DNA of 64,000 nucleotides, taken from assembly GCA_964372195.1 (NCBI GenBank), contig CAYJPX010000004.1:14432-78431 (forward strand), in the 5' to 3' direction. The translations under genes were made by a program, and so were the position numbers. The notes under the pieces are model-generated. The model was not told where the DNA came from. It was given only the letters and a program-made list of their open reading frames with translations, and did no database searches. Numbering within the stretch: the stretch's first letter is position 1; each line of letters starts with the position of its first letter. Positions 21,434-32,028 of this stretch are shown here, piece by piece. Source of the DNA: an uncultured Phycisphaeraceae bacterium (lineage in GTDB: Bacteria > Planctomycetota > Phycisphaerae > Phycisphaerales > UBA1924).

Positions 21434-23179
21434 CTACCCGCCGAACCGCCAGGCGGGGCGTGTGTCGGGGTGGAGTTCCTGCCCGGTGAGCCCCGCGCGG
21501 ATCAGCTCGATCGGGATCGAGTTGTGCGCCAGGACTGCGTCGTGGAACGCCCGCTCGGTCAGGCGGTCCGGGCCAACGAGTTCCCCCCGCAGCGCCCGGA
21601 TCTGCAGCCCGCCGATCATGTATGCGCACTGGTAGAGCGGCGAGTACTCCCCGCCGACGAACCGCCGGACCTCGCTGGTCGCCCCGGACCGCTCGTGCCC
21701 GACGCGGTCGACCAGGAAGTCGATCATCTCCCCGGGGGACATCTCGCGGAGGTGGAACTTGAGGCTCACGATGATGCGCGCGCAGCGGTGCATCCGCCAG
21801 AACAGCATCCCGATGCGGTCCTCCGGAGACTGCGGGAACCCCGCGTCGTAGAGCACCATCTCCCAGTAGAGGCACCACCCCTCGCCCAGGAAGGGCGTCG
21901 AGAAGGCCCGACGGTAGGGCCGCTCGCGCTGGGCGATGAACCCCTGGAGGTGGTGGCCGGGGATGAGCTCGTGGTGGACCACGGCGCGGGTGAAGTGCCG
22001 GTTGTTGCCGCGCATGCTCATGAGCTTGTCGTCGTGGCTCATCTCGTCGGTGGGGTAGGCCACGCCCACATGGTTCCCGCCGTAGAACGCGAAGGGGTAG
22101 GTGCGCTGGCTGCGGGGCGGGATCATCTCGACCCGCCAGAGCTCGGCGGCCAGCGGCGGGATGGTCACCATGTCCCGCTCGGTGACAAAGTCGATCGCCT
22201 CCTGGGCGAGGAACGCGACCAGCTCGTCCTGCTCGCCCGGGGCGACATGGTCCTGCTTGACCGCTTCGAGGGCGGCGTGCCAGTCGTCACCGTGCCCCAT
22301 CTCTTGCGAGGCCTTGAGCATCTCGGCCTCGCACCAGGCGAACTGGGCGTCGGCGATCGCCAGCAGCTCCTCGGGCGTGTAGGGGATCCACTCGGCGCGG
22401 AGGTCGGCGAGCAGCTTCTCGCGGCCGATGGGGTCGCCGATCAGCGGGTCGTCGTCGCCGCCGGTGGTCCCCGCGACGGTGCCGGAGAGGTAGTTGGCGT
22501 ACTCGTCGAGTGCGCCGCGGGCGTCGGCGAAGGGCGCATCGACCCACCAGCCGAACTCGGGCTTGTACCCGTCGTAGTAGGCGTGCCAACTGTTGAGTGT
22601 CCGCGAGAGCTCACGCACCATCCCGGCGGCCCGGTTGGCGAGCACCGGGCCGACCACGAGGCGGTCCTCCTCGGCGTTGTCCTCCTGGCGTCCCTTCTCG
22701 ATCCGGGCCCGCACCGCGGCGACCTCCTCGTCGAGCGTGTCGAGGATGGCAGCGGCGTGCTCGAAGTCGACGGGCTCGATGCCGACGCGGGCGCGTTCGA
22801 GTGCGGCGATCGTGTCGGCGAAGGGGATGAGGGGGGCCATCTCGGCCAGCCGCTGCCGCCGGAGCGTCAGGTCGGCCGCCTGGGATTCGAGCAGCGTCCG
22901 GAAGAGCAGGTAGTCGATCTTGCCCTGCTGGTCGAGGGCGGCAAAGTCGGTGGCCGCGAGGCGGGCGGCGGCGTCGGCCTCGAGGGCCGCCAGCCGGTCG
23001 AGCGAGGGCCCGTCGAAGGACATGGCGTAGAACTCGTCGATGCCGCGCCGGTCGGCTTGGTAGTCGTTGAGGAGGTCGATCAGCGCCACCGACTCGGGGC
23101 TGGTGGGGAGGTTGGCCGGCTGGGCAAGTGCCGCGGCGGTGATCGTGCAGGCGAGGATCGTCGGGAGCAGGTGGCGCAT
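21434..23179 (-). CDS. DUF885-family protein (metallopeptidase-like)
   Basis: Signal peptide MRHLLPTILACTITAAALA, then VVHHELIPGHHLQ (HExxH-like), EGWCLYWE and YQCAYMIG, all characteristic of DUF885. Confidence 0.85.
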   Translation of the reverse strand: MRHLLPTILACTITAAALAQPANLPTSPESVALIDLLNDYQADRRGIDEFYAMSFDGPSLDRLAALEADAAARLAATDFAALDQQGKIDYLLFRTLLESQAADLTLRRQRLAEMAPLIPFADTIAALERARVGIEPVDFEHAAAILDTLDEEVAAVRARIEKGRQEDNAEEDRLVVGPVLANRAAGMVRELSRTLNSWHAYYDGYKPEFGWWVDAPFADARGALDEYANYLSGTVAGTTGGDDDPLIGDPIGREKLLADLRAEWIPYTPEELLAIADAQFAWCEAEMLKASQEMGHGDDWHAALEAVKQDHVAPGEQDELVAFLAQEAIDFVTERDMVTIPPLAAELWRVEMIPPRSQRTYPFAFYGGNHVGVAYPTDEMSHDDKLMSMRGNNRHFTRAVVHHELIPGHHLQGFIAQRERPYRRAFSTPFLGEGWCLYWEMVLYDAGFPQSPEDRIGMLFWRMHRCARIIVSLKFHLREMSPGEMIDFLVDRVGHERSGATSEVRRFVGGEYSPLYQCAYMIGGLQIRALRGELVGPDRLTERAFHDAVLAHNSIPIELIRAGLTGQELHPDTRPAWRFGG

Positions 23180-23226
23180 GGGGGCCTCCGGGGTGGGGCA
23201 GGATAGCGGAGCCCGGCCTGGAGCGA

Positions 23227-23970
23227 TCATGCAGCAGGCTCGCGCTCGGCATCGCGGGGCGTGCCGCACTCGGGGCAGACCGCGCTGGCGAGGTCTCCCA
23301 CCGGGTACCCGCACGCCCGGCATTCCCCGGGACGCCAGAGGCGCACGCGCCGGCCCGCCCACGCAAGGCACTCGCCGACGAGCAGCAGGCCAAGCCAACG
23401 CAGTGCGGCGGCTGGGATGCCCGTCCGCGCCTGGCGCCGAGCACTGGCCCGCATCCCCGCCGGGTCGAGGTACCGCCCCTCGTAGACCCCCGGGCCGCGC
23501 TTGGTGACGGCGTACTCCACCTCTGTCCCGACCCACCCGGTCGCGATGAGTAACTCCGCCACCGCGTCCAGGTCCGGGGGCGGCTCCCGGGAAGGATCCG
23601 CCCACTGCACGCTGGCGATCTCGACTCGCTGGACCTCGAACACCGTGTCGCGGCCCGGCGGCTCGATCCGGGCCGAACTGGTCCTGAAGTCGATGCCCAC
23701 CGCATCGGCCGCGGGCCCATCGAGCGGGAGCAATCGGTCTTCGAGGATCTTGAACCAGATCACCGTCCCGCTGGGGGTGGGCGCGACGACCGGCCCCGTC
23801 ACGCCGCCGGGCCAGGCCATCCACACGCGGTATACCCGCACGAGTGGCATGGTGGTCGCCGCCAGGGCGACGGCGTACGCCAGCACCCGGCAGTTGCGGC
23901 GGCGTCCCCACCCGGCGAGCAGGCGAAGCAGCGCGGTGACGACCCGCCCTCTCGGTGGTGGTGGGCTCAT
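23227..23970 (-). CDS. Hypothetical membrane protein with a C-terminal zinc ribbon
   Basis: TM helix near the N-terminus. C-terminus CRACGYPVGDLASAVCPECG. Related to the motif in the 42964-43518 gene. Confidence 0.5.
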   Translation of the reverse strand: MSPPPPRGRVVTALLRLLAGWGRRRNCRVLAYAVALAATTMPLVRVYRVWMAWPGGVTGPVVAPTPSGTVIWFKILEDRLLPLDGPAADAVGIDFRTSSARIEPPGRDTVFEVQRVEIASVQWADPSREPPPDLDAVAELLIATGWVGTEVEYAVTKRGPGVYEGRYLDPAGMRASARRQARTGIPAAALRWLGLLLVGECLAWAGRRVRLWRPGECRACGYPVGDLASAVCPECGTPRDAEREPAA

Positions 23971-24117
23971 GCGTTGGAGCTTATCCGGAGGGTGCGTTGC
24001 TCGGTTGGCTGGCGACAGTGGAGATCGCGCAGGCGTGAGGCGTCGGTGCTTCCGCCGAGGGGAAGAACACTACCTCCTCCGGCTCCACAGGAGCCGGCTC
24101 GCTTTTGGGGAGTGGGG

Positions 24118-25392
24118 TCAGTTCGAGCGTTCGGGGTTCTGCACCGTTTCGAGTGCCCGCCGCCGTGCGGTCCGCACCGCGACGGCGGTGTCGTCCTTGG
24201 CTTCGAAGGGATTGACGCTCTCGAAGACCGTCGCGAACGCGAAGAGGCAGTAGCCATCGGCCGGCTCGCTCAGCCGGATCTGTTCGAGGGTCTGGGCGGC
24301 CTGGTGCTTGTAGGCCCCGATCCCGATGGTCACCGGCTTCTTGCCCGCCGCCTCGGTCCAGGCGGTCAGGTCGCGCACAAAGTCGGCGTTGTTGTCGGTG
24401 TAGATCATGGGCACGACGCGGTCGAGGGTTCCCTTCTTGAGCCAGGCGGCGGCGTCCTGGAGCTGGGTCTCGCGCCCCTGCGCCGGGTCGCGCCACACCG
24501 CCGCCGACATCTCGATCCCCGGCCTGATGCCCCGCGATTCCCGGCTGATCCGCTCGACCAGGGCTGTGATCTCGTCCCGCACCCAGGCGGCGTGGGCGCC
24601 CTTGTCCTCGGGGGTGGCGAGCGTCCGCCGTCCGGTGGCGGCGTAGAACCGCGAGATCGACTCGGGGTCGGCCGGGTAGATCTTGCCGTCGGGCAGGCTG
24701 TCGCCCACGAAGCGGACATAGTCGAGGTGCAGGCCGTCGATGGCGTACCGGCCCACGATGTCTCGGCAGACCGCCGCGATATGCCCCTGCACTGTCGGGT
24801 CGGTCGGGTTGGCGACGACATAGCTGTCGTTCTGCGGCTGGGGCTCACCGGCCTGGTCAAAGAGCCGCCACTCGGGGCGTCGGACGAAGGGGTGGCGGGC
24901 ATCCTTGGGCAGGCCCTTGCCCTTCCAGAGCGGGTAGACATTGATCCAGGCGTGGAGGCGGAGGCCCTTCTGGTGAGCGCGGGCGACGGCGACCGCGAGG
25001 GGGTCGAACCCCGGGTCTGTGGCGCCGGGCTTGTCGCGGAAGAGGTCCTCGCCCCAGGGTTCGAGGCTCGAGCGGTAGAACGCATCGGCCTGGCCCCGGA
25101 TCTGCCAGAAGAGGTCGGTAAAGCCCGCCGCCGCGGCCTCATCGACCGCCCGTTCGACATCGACCGCGGTGCGGTAGTCCCAGCGCGTGACCCAGATCCC
25201 CCGCATCTCCTCGGGCTGGCGGGAGGGGGAGAGCACGCGGAACGGGCTCTCGGAGGAGCAGCCCTGGATCATCGACCCGGTCAGCACGCCCGCCAGCACG
25301 ATGGCCACCGAGGCGACCACCGCCATCGGCGAGGGGCGGAAGTTGGCGAGCGGGGTGGCGAGCCGGGTAGCGGGGTGGCTGGTGCGAGGCAT
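24118..25392 (-). CDS. Glycosyl hydrolase-like family 10 (GHL10 / DUF187, YngK-like) lipoprotein
   Basis: Lipobox IQGC. MRGIWVTRWDY, FWQIRGQADAFYRSSLEPW, LRLHAWINVYP and IDGLHLDYVRF. Confidence 0.8.
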   Translation of the reverse strand: MPRTSHPATRLATPLANFRPSPMAVVASVAIVLAGVLTGSMIQGCSSESPFRVLSPSRQPEEMRGIWVTRWDYRTAVDVERAVDEAAAAGFTDLFWQIRGQADAFYRSSLEPWGEDLFRDKPGATDPGFDPLAVAVARAHQKGLRLHAWINVYPLWKGKGLPKDARHPFVRRPEWRLFDQAGEPQPQNDSYVVANPTDPTVQGHIAAVCRDIVGRYAIDGLHLDYVRFVGDSLPDGKIYPADPESISRFYAATGRRTLATPEDKGAHAAWVRDEITALVERISRESRGIRPGIEMSAAVWRDPAQGRETQLQDAAAWLKKGTLDRVVPMIYTDNNADFVRDLTAWTEAAGKKPVTIGIGAYKHQAAQTLEQIRLSEPADGYCLFAFATVFESVNPFEAKDDTAVAVRTARRRALETVQNPERSN

Positions 25393-25615
25393 GACGGTCT
25401 CCCGATCCGTGGGGTTCCTGTCGGTCTGGGCAAGGATACCGGGGAATCGAGCCGGGTGCGCGGGCGGGGCCCGGTGCATCGGGATTCCACAGATCTCGTC
25501 TGAGACGGTTCTGCGCCCGCCGGGCGAGACCTCCCCGCCCGATCGCTCTAGGCTTTCGGGCCGGGGCTTTCCGGCGGGATCGCGGGTTTCCTCGGCTTTG
25601 GAAGGAGCGGGCCAG

Positions 25616-27649
25616 ATGGCAGAGCACCAGTGCGTGCGGGGCGGTGTCGAGAAGATGGCGGTCACGGTCCACCCCTCGGCCGGGGCGGCCAGCGCCGCGG
25701 TCGCGGCCGAGATCGCGGCCCTTATCCGCGAGCGGGCGGCGCTCGGCGGGAGGGCGGTGCTGGGCCTCGCGACCGGCTCGACGCCCTGCGGCGTGTACGA
25801 GGAGCTAGTCCGCCTCCACCGCGAGGAGGGGCTGAGCTTCGCCAATGTCGTGTCGTTCAACCTCGACGAGTACTGGCCCATGAAGCCCGAGGAGCTGCAG
25901 AGCTACCACCGCTTCATGAACGAGTACCTCTTCGACCACATCGATATCGACCGGGCCAATGTCCATGTGCCCGACGGCACGCAGGCGTTGGAGGCGGTGG
26001 GGGAGTACTGCCGGCGCTACGAAGCGCAGATCGCGGAGGCCGGCGGGATTGATATCCAGGTGCTGGGCATCGGGCGGACGGGGCACATCGGGTTCAACGA
26101 GCCGGGCTCCGGCGACCAGAGCCGCACACGGCTCATCACGCTCGACCGCATGACCCGGATGGACGCCGCCAGCGATTTCTTCGGCGAGTGGAATGTGCCC
26201 CGCAAGGCGATCACCATGGGGGTGGGCACCATCCTCGACGCCCGGCGCGTGGTGATGCTGGCCTTCGGTGAGCACAAGGCGCCGATTGTCGCCGAGGCGG
26301 TGGAGGGGGAGATCACCGCGAGCGTCGCGGCCAGCTTCCTCCAGAACCACCCCGACGCCCGGGTCGTGCTCGATCCGGCCGCCGCGGCCGAGTTGACCCG
26401 CTTCAAGACCCCGTGGCTGGCCGGCCCCGTCGGCGACTTCGGTCTGCAATGGGACACGGCGCTGACCAAGCGGGCGGTGATCTGGCTCGCGCAGACGGTC
26501 AAGAAGTCCATCCTCAAGCTCACGGCCGAGGACTACAACCAGTGCGGGCTGCAGGAGCTCATCAGCGTCCGGGGCACCGCCTACGAGATCAATATCGAGG
26601 TGTTCAAGGCGCTCCAGAAGACCATCACCGGCTGGCCGGGCGGCAAGCCGGGGCGTCCCAGGTTTGTCGTCGGCAGGGGGATCGACCACACCCAGCCCGA
26701 CGACACCTTCCCCAAGCGGGTCATCGTCTTCAGCCCCCATCCCGACGACGATGTGATCAGCATGGGGGGCACCTTCATCCGCCTGTGCGACCAGGGTCAC
26801 GAGGTGCATGTGGCGTACCAGACCTCGGGCAATATCGCGGTCTTCGACGCCGCGGCCGAGCGGCACGCGGACTTCGTCGCGGAATTCTGCGGGGCGTTCA
26901 ACATCGGCGAGGGTGTCGAGCGGGCGGGCACGATCGCCCACGAGATCCAGGACTTCCTCAAGCACAAGCTGCAGGGCGAGGTGGACACCGCGGCCCTGCG
27001 CACGATCAAGGGCCTCATCCGCCGCACCGAGGCGCGGGCCGGGGCAAAGTTCAGCGGCGTGCGGCCCGAGAACATCCACTTCCTCGACATGCCCTTCTAC
27101 GAGACCGGGAAGGTCAAGAAGAAACCGCTGGGCGAGGAGGATATCCAGATCATCATCGACCTCATGGACCGCGTGCGGCCGCACCTGGTGTACGCCGCCG
27201 GGGATCTGTCGGACCCGCACGGCACGCACCGCACTTGCCTCGCCTCGATCACGACCGCGTTCCACCGGATGCAGGACCGGGCGTGGATGCCCGACTGCGA
27301 GCTGTGGCTCTACCGCGGCGCGTGGCAGGAGTGGGGCGCCGAGGAGATCGAGATGGCGGTGCCCCTGTCGCCCGACGAGGTGGAGCGCAAGCGGATCGCG
27401 ATCTTCAAGCACGAGAGCCAGAAGGACAAGGCGCTGTACCCGGGTTCCTGGGATACGCGGGAGTTCTGGCAGCGTGCCGAGGACCGCAACCGCAGGACCG
27501 CGGAGGTGTACGACCGGCTGGGGCTGCCGGAGTATCAGGCGATCGAGGGGTTTGTGAAGTGGACGCCGAGCGAGGCGGACGGGTCGCTCGGCGCTGCCGC
27601 CGACACGCGCGCCCGCACGGCCTCGCCCGTGGCGAAGGGGTCGGCCTGA
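25616..27649 (+). CDS. nagB: Long-form glucosamine-6-phosphate deaminase (NagB domain fused to a LmbE/PIG-L-like domain)
   Basis: The N-terminal part has GLATGSTP, FNLDEYWP and LGIGRTGHIGFNEPGS. The C-terminal part has VIVFSPHPDDDVISMGGT, the PIG-L deacetylase-fold signature. Confidence 0.85.
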   Translation: MAEHQCVRGGVEKMAVTVHPSAGAASAAVAAEIAALIRERAALGGRAVLGLATGSTPCGVYEELVRLHREEGLSFANVVSFNLDEYWPMKPEELQSYHRFMNEYLFDHIDIDRANVHVPDGTQALEAVGEYCRRYEAQIAEAGGIDIQVLGIGRTGHIGFNEPGSGDQSRTRLITLDRMTRMDAASDFFGEWNVPRKAITMGVGTILDARRVVMLAFGEHKAPIVAEAVEGEITASVAASFLQNHPDARVVLDPAAAAELTRFKTPWLAGPVGDFGLQWDTALTKRAVIWLAQTVKKSILKLTAEDYNQCGLQELISVRGTAYEINIEVFKALQKTITGWPGGKPGRPRFVVGRGIDHTQPDDTFPKRVIVFSPHPDDDVISMGGTFIRLCDQGHEVHVAYQTSGNIAVFDAAAERHADFVAEFCGAFNIGEGVERAGTIAHEIQDFLKHKLQGEVDTAALRTIKGLIRRTEARAGAKFSGVRPENIHFLDMPFYETGKVKKKPLGEEDIQIIIDLMDRVRPHLVYAAGDLSDPHGTHRTCLASITTAFHRMQDRAWMPDCELWLYRGAWQEWGAEEIEMAVPLSPDEVERKRIAIFKHESQKDKALYPGSWDTREFWQRAEDRNRRTAEVYDRLGLPEYQAIEGFVKWTPSEADGSLGAAADTRARTASPVAKGSA

Positions 27650-27900
27650 CCCACTCCCCCTTGAGTTTGTCATTGCCCGCGTCTCCGATGAGGGCAATCT
27701 GGAGATCGGAACGCGGCTGAACACGCGCACGCCAGCCCATGTGCCGGACCAGAAACGCCGTTCGCGCGAGGTGTGGGTAATGACAAGGCGGGGCGGCGGG
27801 GCAAGTGGTGGCGTCGCTTCGCTCGGCATACGGTGGGGCTGGCAGCCGGAAGGGCGAGCGCGACGCGACCCGGTGTACAGTGGTGCCGGAGATCACAGGC

Positions 27901-28917
27901 ATGAACACACTCGGGGTCGGCGTCATCGGGCTGGGCTTCATGGGGCGCACGCACATCGCGGCCTACAGGGCCGCGGCGGGGGCGGGGTTGGCCTGCACGC
28001 TCGCGGGCGTGTGCGATCGGGACGCCTCGCGGCTGACCGGTCGCGTCGAGGCGGCGGGCAACTTCGACACCGGGAGCGGGGGGGAGCGGCTCTTCGACCC
28101 CGCCGAGGTCAGGGGGTACACCGATCCCGAGGCGTTCTTCGCCGACCCGGCGGTGCAGCTGGTCAGCATCTGCACGCACACCGACACGCATGTCGATCTC
28201 GCCATCCGGGCGCTGCGGGCGGGCAAGCATGTGCTCGTCGAGAAGCCCCTCGCCCTCACCAGCAGCCAAGCGCGCCTGGTCGCCGAGGTCGCCCGCGACG
28301 CGGGCACGATCTGCATGCCGGCGATGTGCATGCGCTTCTGGCCGGCGTGGGCGTGGCTCAAGCGGGCGATCGAGTCGGGGGAGTACGGCGGCGTCCGCAG
28401 CGCCACCTTCCACCGCCTCGGCAGCACGCCCGGCTGGGCCGATTTCTACGCCGACGCCTCGCGCAGCGGCGGGGCCCTCGTCGACCTGCACACCCACGAT
28501 GCCGACTTCATCGCCTGGTGCTTCGGCAGGCCGGCCAGCGTCGTGAGCGCCGGCACGAGCAACCACCTCACCACGCTGTTCGGCTACGACAGCACGCCGC
28601 ATGTCGTCGCCGAGGGCGGCTGGGCGCAGGACCCGGCGTTCGGCTTCAAGATACGGTTTGTCGTGTGCTTCGAGCGGGCGACCGCGGACTTTGACCTGGG
28701 TCGCGAGCCGCAGCTGCTCCTCTGCCGCGAAGGCCGGGCCGAGCCCATCGAGGTCGAGTCGATCAGCGGGTACGACGGGGAGATCCGGCACCTGCTGGTC
28801 TGCATCGCCGAGGGCAGGCCCCATGCGGCGGTGACGCCCGACGACGCGGTGCTGGCGCTGGAGATCCTCGAGGCGGAGAGGGCAAGCCTGGAGTCGGGGC
28901 GCCGCGTGGGCCTGTGA
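27901..28917 (+). CDS. Gfo/Idh/MocA-family NAD(P)-dependent oxidoreductase
   Basis: MNTLGVGVIGLGFMGRTHIAAY Rossmann start and GKHVLVEKPLAL. Confidence 0.85.
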   Translation: MNTLGVGVIGLGFMGRTHIAAYRAAAGAGLACTLAGVCDRDASRLTGRVEAAGNFDTGSGGERLFDPAEVRGYTDPEAFFADPAVQLVSICTHTDTHVDLAIRALRAGKHVLVEKPLALTSSQARLVAEVARDAGTICMPAMCMRFWPAWAWLKRAIESGEYGGVRSATFHRLGSTPGWADFYADASRSGGALVDLHTHDADFIAWCFGRPASVVSAGTSNHLTTLFGYDSTPHVVAEGGWAQDPAFGFKIRFVVCFERATADFDLGREPQLLLCREGRAEPIEVESISGYDGEIRHLLVCIAEGRPHAAVTPDDAVLALEILEAERASLESGRRVGL

Positions 28918-29057
28918 ACGCACCCGGCGAGTTCGGAAACTGAGCGGGCCGCCGGTGGCCCGCCGGGGCCCCCTGCCGAATCGGCAGCCCGCTGCCGCCC
29001 GCGGCCGCGGAACCCCCCCTGATCATCGCCGAGGGCCTACAACCGGGCACCCGGATT

Positions 29058-29073
29058 TGGCACCCGGCTTGCA
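29058..29073 (+). promoter_or_regulatory. Candidate sigma-54 (RpoN) -24/-12 promoter upstream of dnaK
   Basis: TGGCACccggcTTGCA matches TGGCAC-N5-TTGCW with the correct GG/GC spacing, about 85 nt upstream of the dnaK ATG. Confidence 0.45.
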
Positions 29074-29157
29074 AATGGGGGTCATTGGAGGGGCGACCGC
29101 GCCCCGAGCGAGCGGTAGGGCTCAGCAATCACCATCCCGCATCAAGGAGACGCGGCC

Positions 29158-31074
<1,917 letters not shown>

Positions 31075-31140
31075 TCTCGAACCACAGGCCTCACCCGTCC
31101 GTATATAGGGGTGAAGCAGGACTCTCTCTCTCCTCCAGGC

Positions 31141-31175
31141 GGCTGCGTGCGAAAGTGCGCGGCCGTCTTTCGTTT
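31141..31175 (+). terminator. Rho-independent terminator after dnaK
   Basis: GGCUGCGUGC-GAAA-GUGCGCGGCC (10-bp stem including G-U pairs, GNRA loop), followed by GTCTTTCGTTT. Confidence 0.55.
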
Positions 31176-31218
31176 GGGGCGGCGATCAGCGGGCCGTGCC
31201 GGGCTGTAGCATGCGGTC

Positions 31219-32028
31219 ATGTTGAACTGGTTGCGAGACTTGTCCCGTTCCTGCTGTGGCGGCGGGGCGGCCTGGAGGCGGCTGGGTTCGACTGGAACTG
31301 CGGCGGAGGTTCTGGGGGCCGACCTCCGACTGGCGATCCAGTTCGCTGGCGAGCATCATGGTCTCGTCAAACGATGCTGGCCCGAACTCGCGGCGACCGC
31401 GGTGTGGGGCTGGCCCGGGGTCGAAGACGATGCCCAACTCATGGCGGCGGCCGCCGACCAGCTCGCGCGTCACACGACCGGGGAGGACGCTCGGGGATAC
31501 CAGCGGCTCGCGCGGCGGTTCAAGGCCGGGGACAAGCGGCATATGCGCCGGGAGGTGCGCTACCGGCTGGATTGGCCCGACTGCGCAGGGCGGATCAGGT
31601 TCGGTGTGAAGTTTCCAAGATGTCGTGACCAGTTCCCCGGGATCGACCTCCGCATCGAAGGGCCCCGGGAGCGGGTGGGGCTGACTGTCGCATTCTGGTC
31701 CTCCGCGCTCGGCGGTGGTTTCGTGCTGCGAGAGCGCGACGCCAGGTTCATTGCCCCAAGCACCGGCGACGAATCAACCCCGATTGTTGGGGTGCTGACC
31801 GGCATCCGGACTGAGCGACTTGGCGTGCTGAGTTGGTGGCAGTGGACCGAGCACGGCCACGGCGGGCCGCAGTGGCCGTCTCCCCGATCGCAGGTCGTAT
31901 CGCTGGAGGACCAGCAACTGCTGGATGAGGCGCTGGGCATTGCGCTCAGGGAGATCGAGGCGAGCGGCTCGTCGGGGGAGGTGATTCTGAACTCGTGGCG
32001 TGCGTCAGCGGATTACCGATTCCTCTAG
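31219..32028 (+). CDS. Hypothetical protein (no recognisable family)
   Basis: 269-aa ORF with an ATG start. Coding-like but with lower GC3 than its neighbours. Its TAG stop and the convergent rdgB TAG share the palindrome CTAG at 32025-32028. Confidence 0.45.
   Translation: MLNWLRDLSRSCCGGGAAWRRLGSTGTAAEVLGADLRLAIQFAGEHHGLVKRCWPELAATAVWGWPGVEDDAQLMAAAADQLARHTTGEDARGYQRLARRFKAGDKRHMRREVRYRLDWPDCAGRIRFGVKFPRCRDQFPGIDLRIEGPRERVGLTVAFWSSALGGGFVLRERDARFIAPSTGDESTPIVGVLTGIRTERLGVLSWWQWTEHGHGGPQWPSPRSQVVSLEDQQLLDEALGIALREIEASGSSGEVILNSWRASADYRFL

Noticed and set aside
28918-29157. A CIRCE/HrcA operator or a sigma-32 heat-shock promoter upstream of dnaK.
   Set aside because: I scanned for TTAGCACTC-N9-GAGTGCTAA-like inverted repeats and for CTTGAA...CCCCAT-type elements and found nothing convincing. 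Only the sigma-54-like element is reported.
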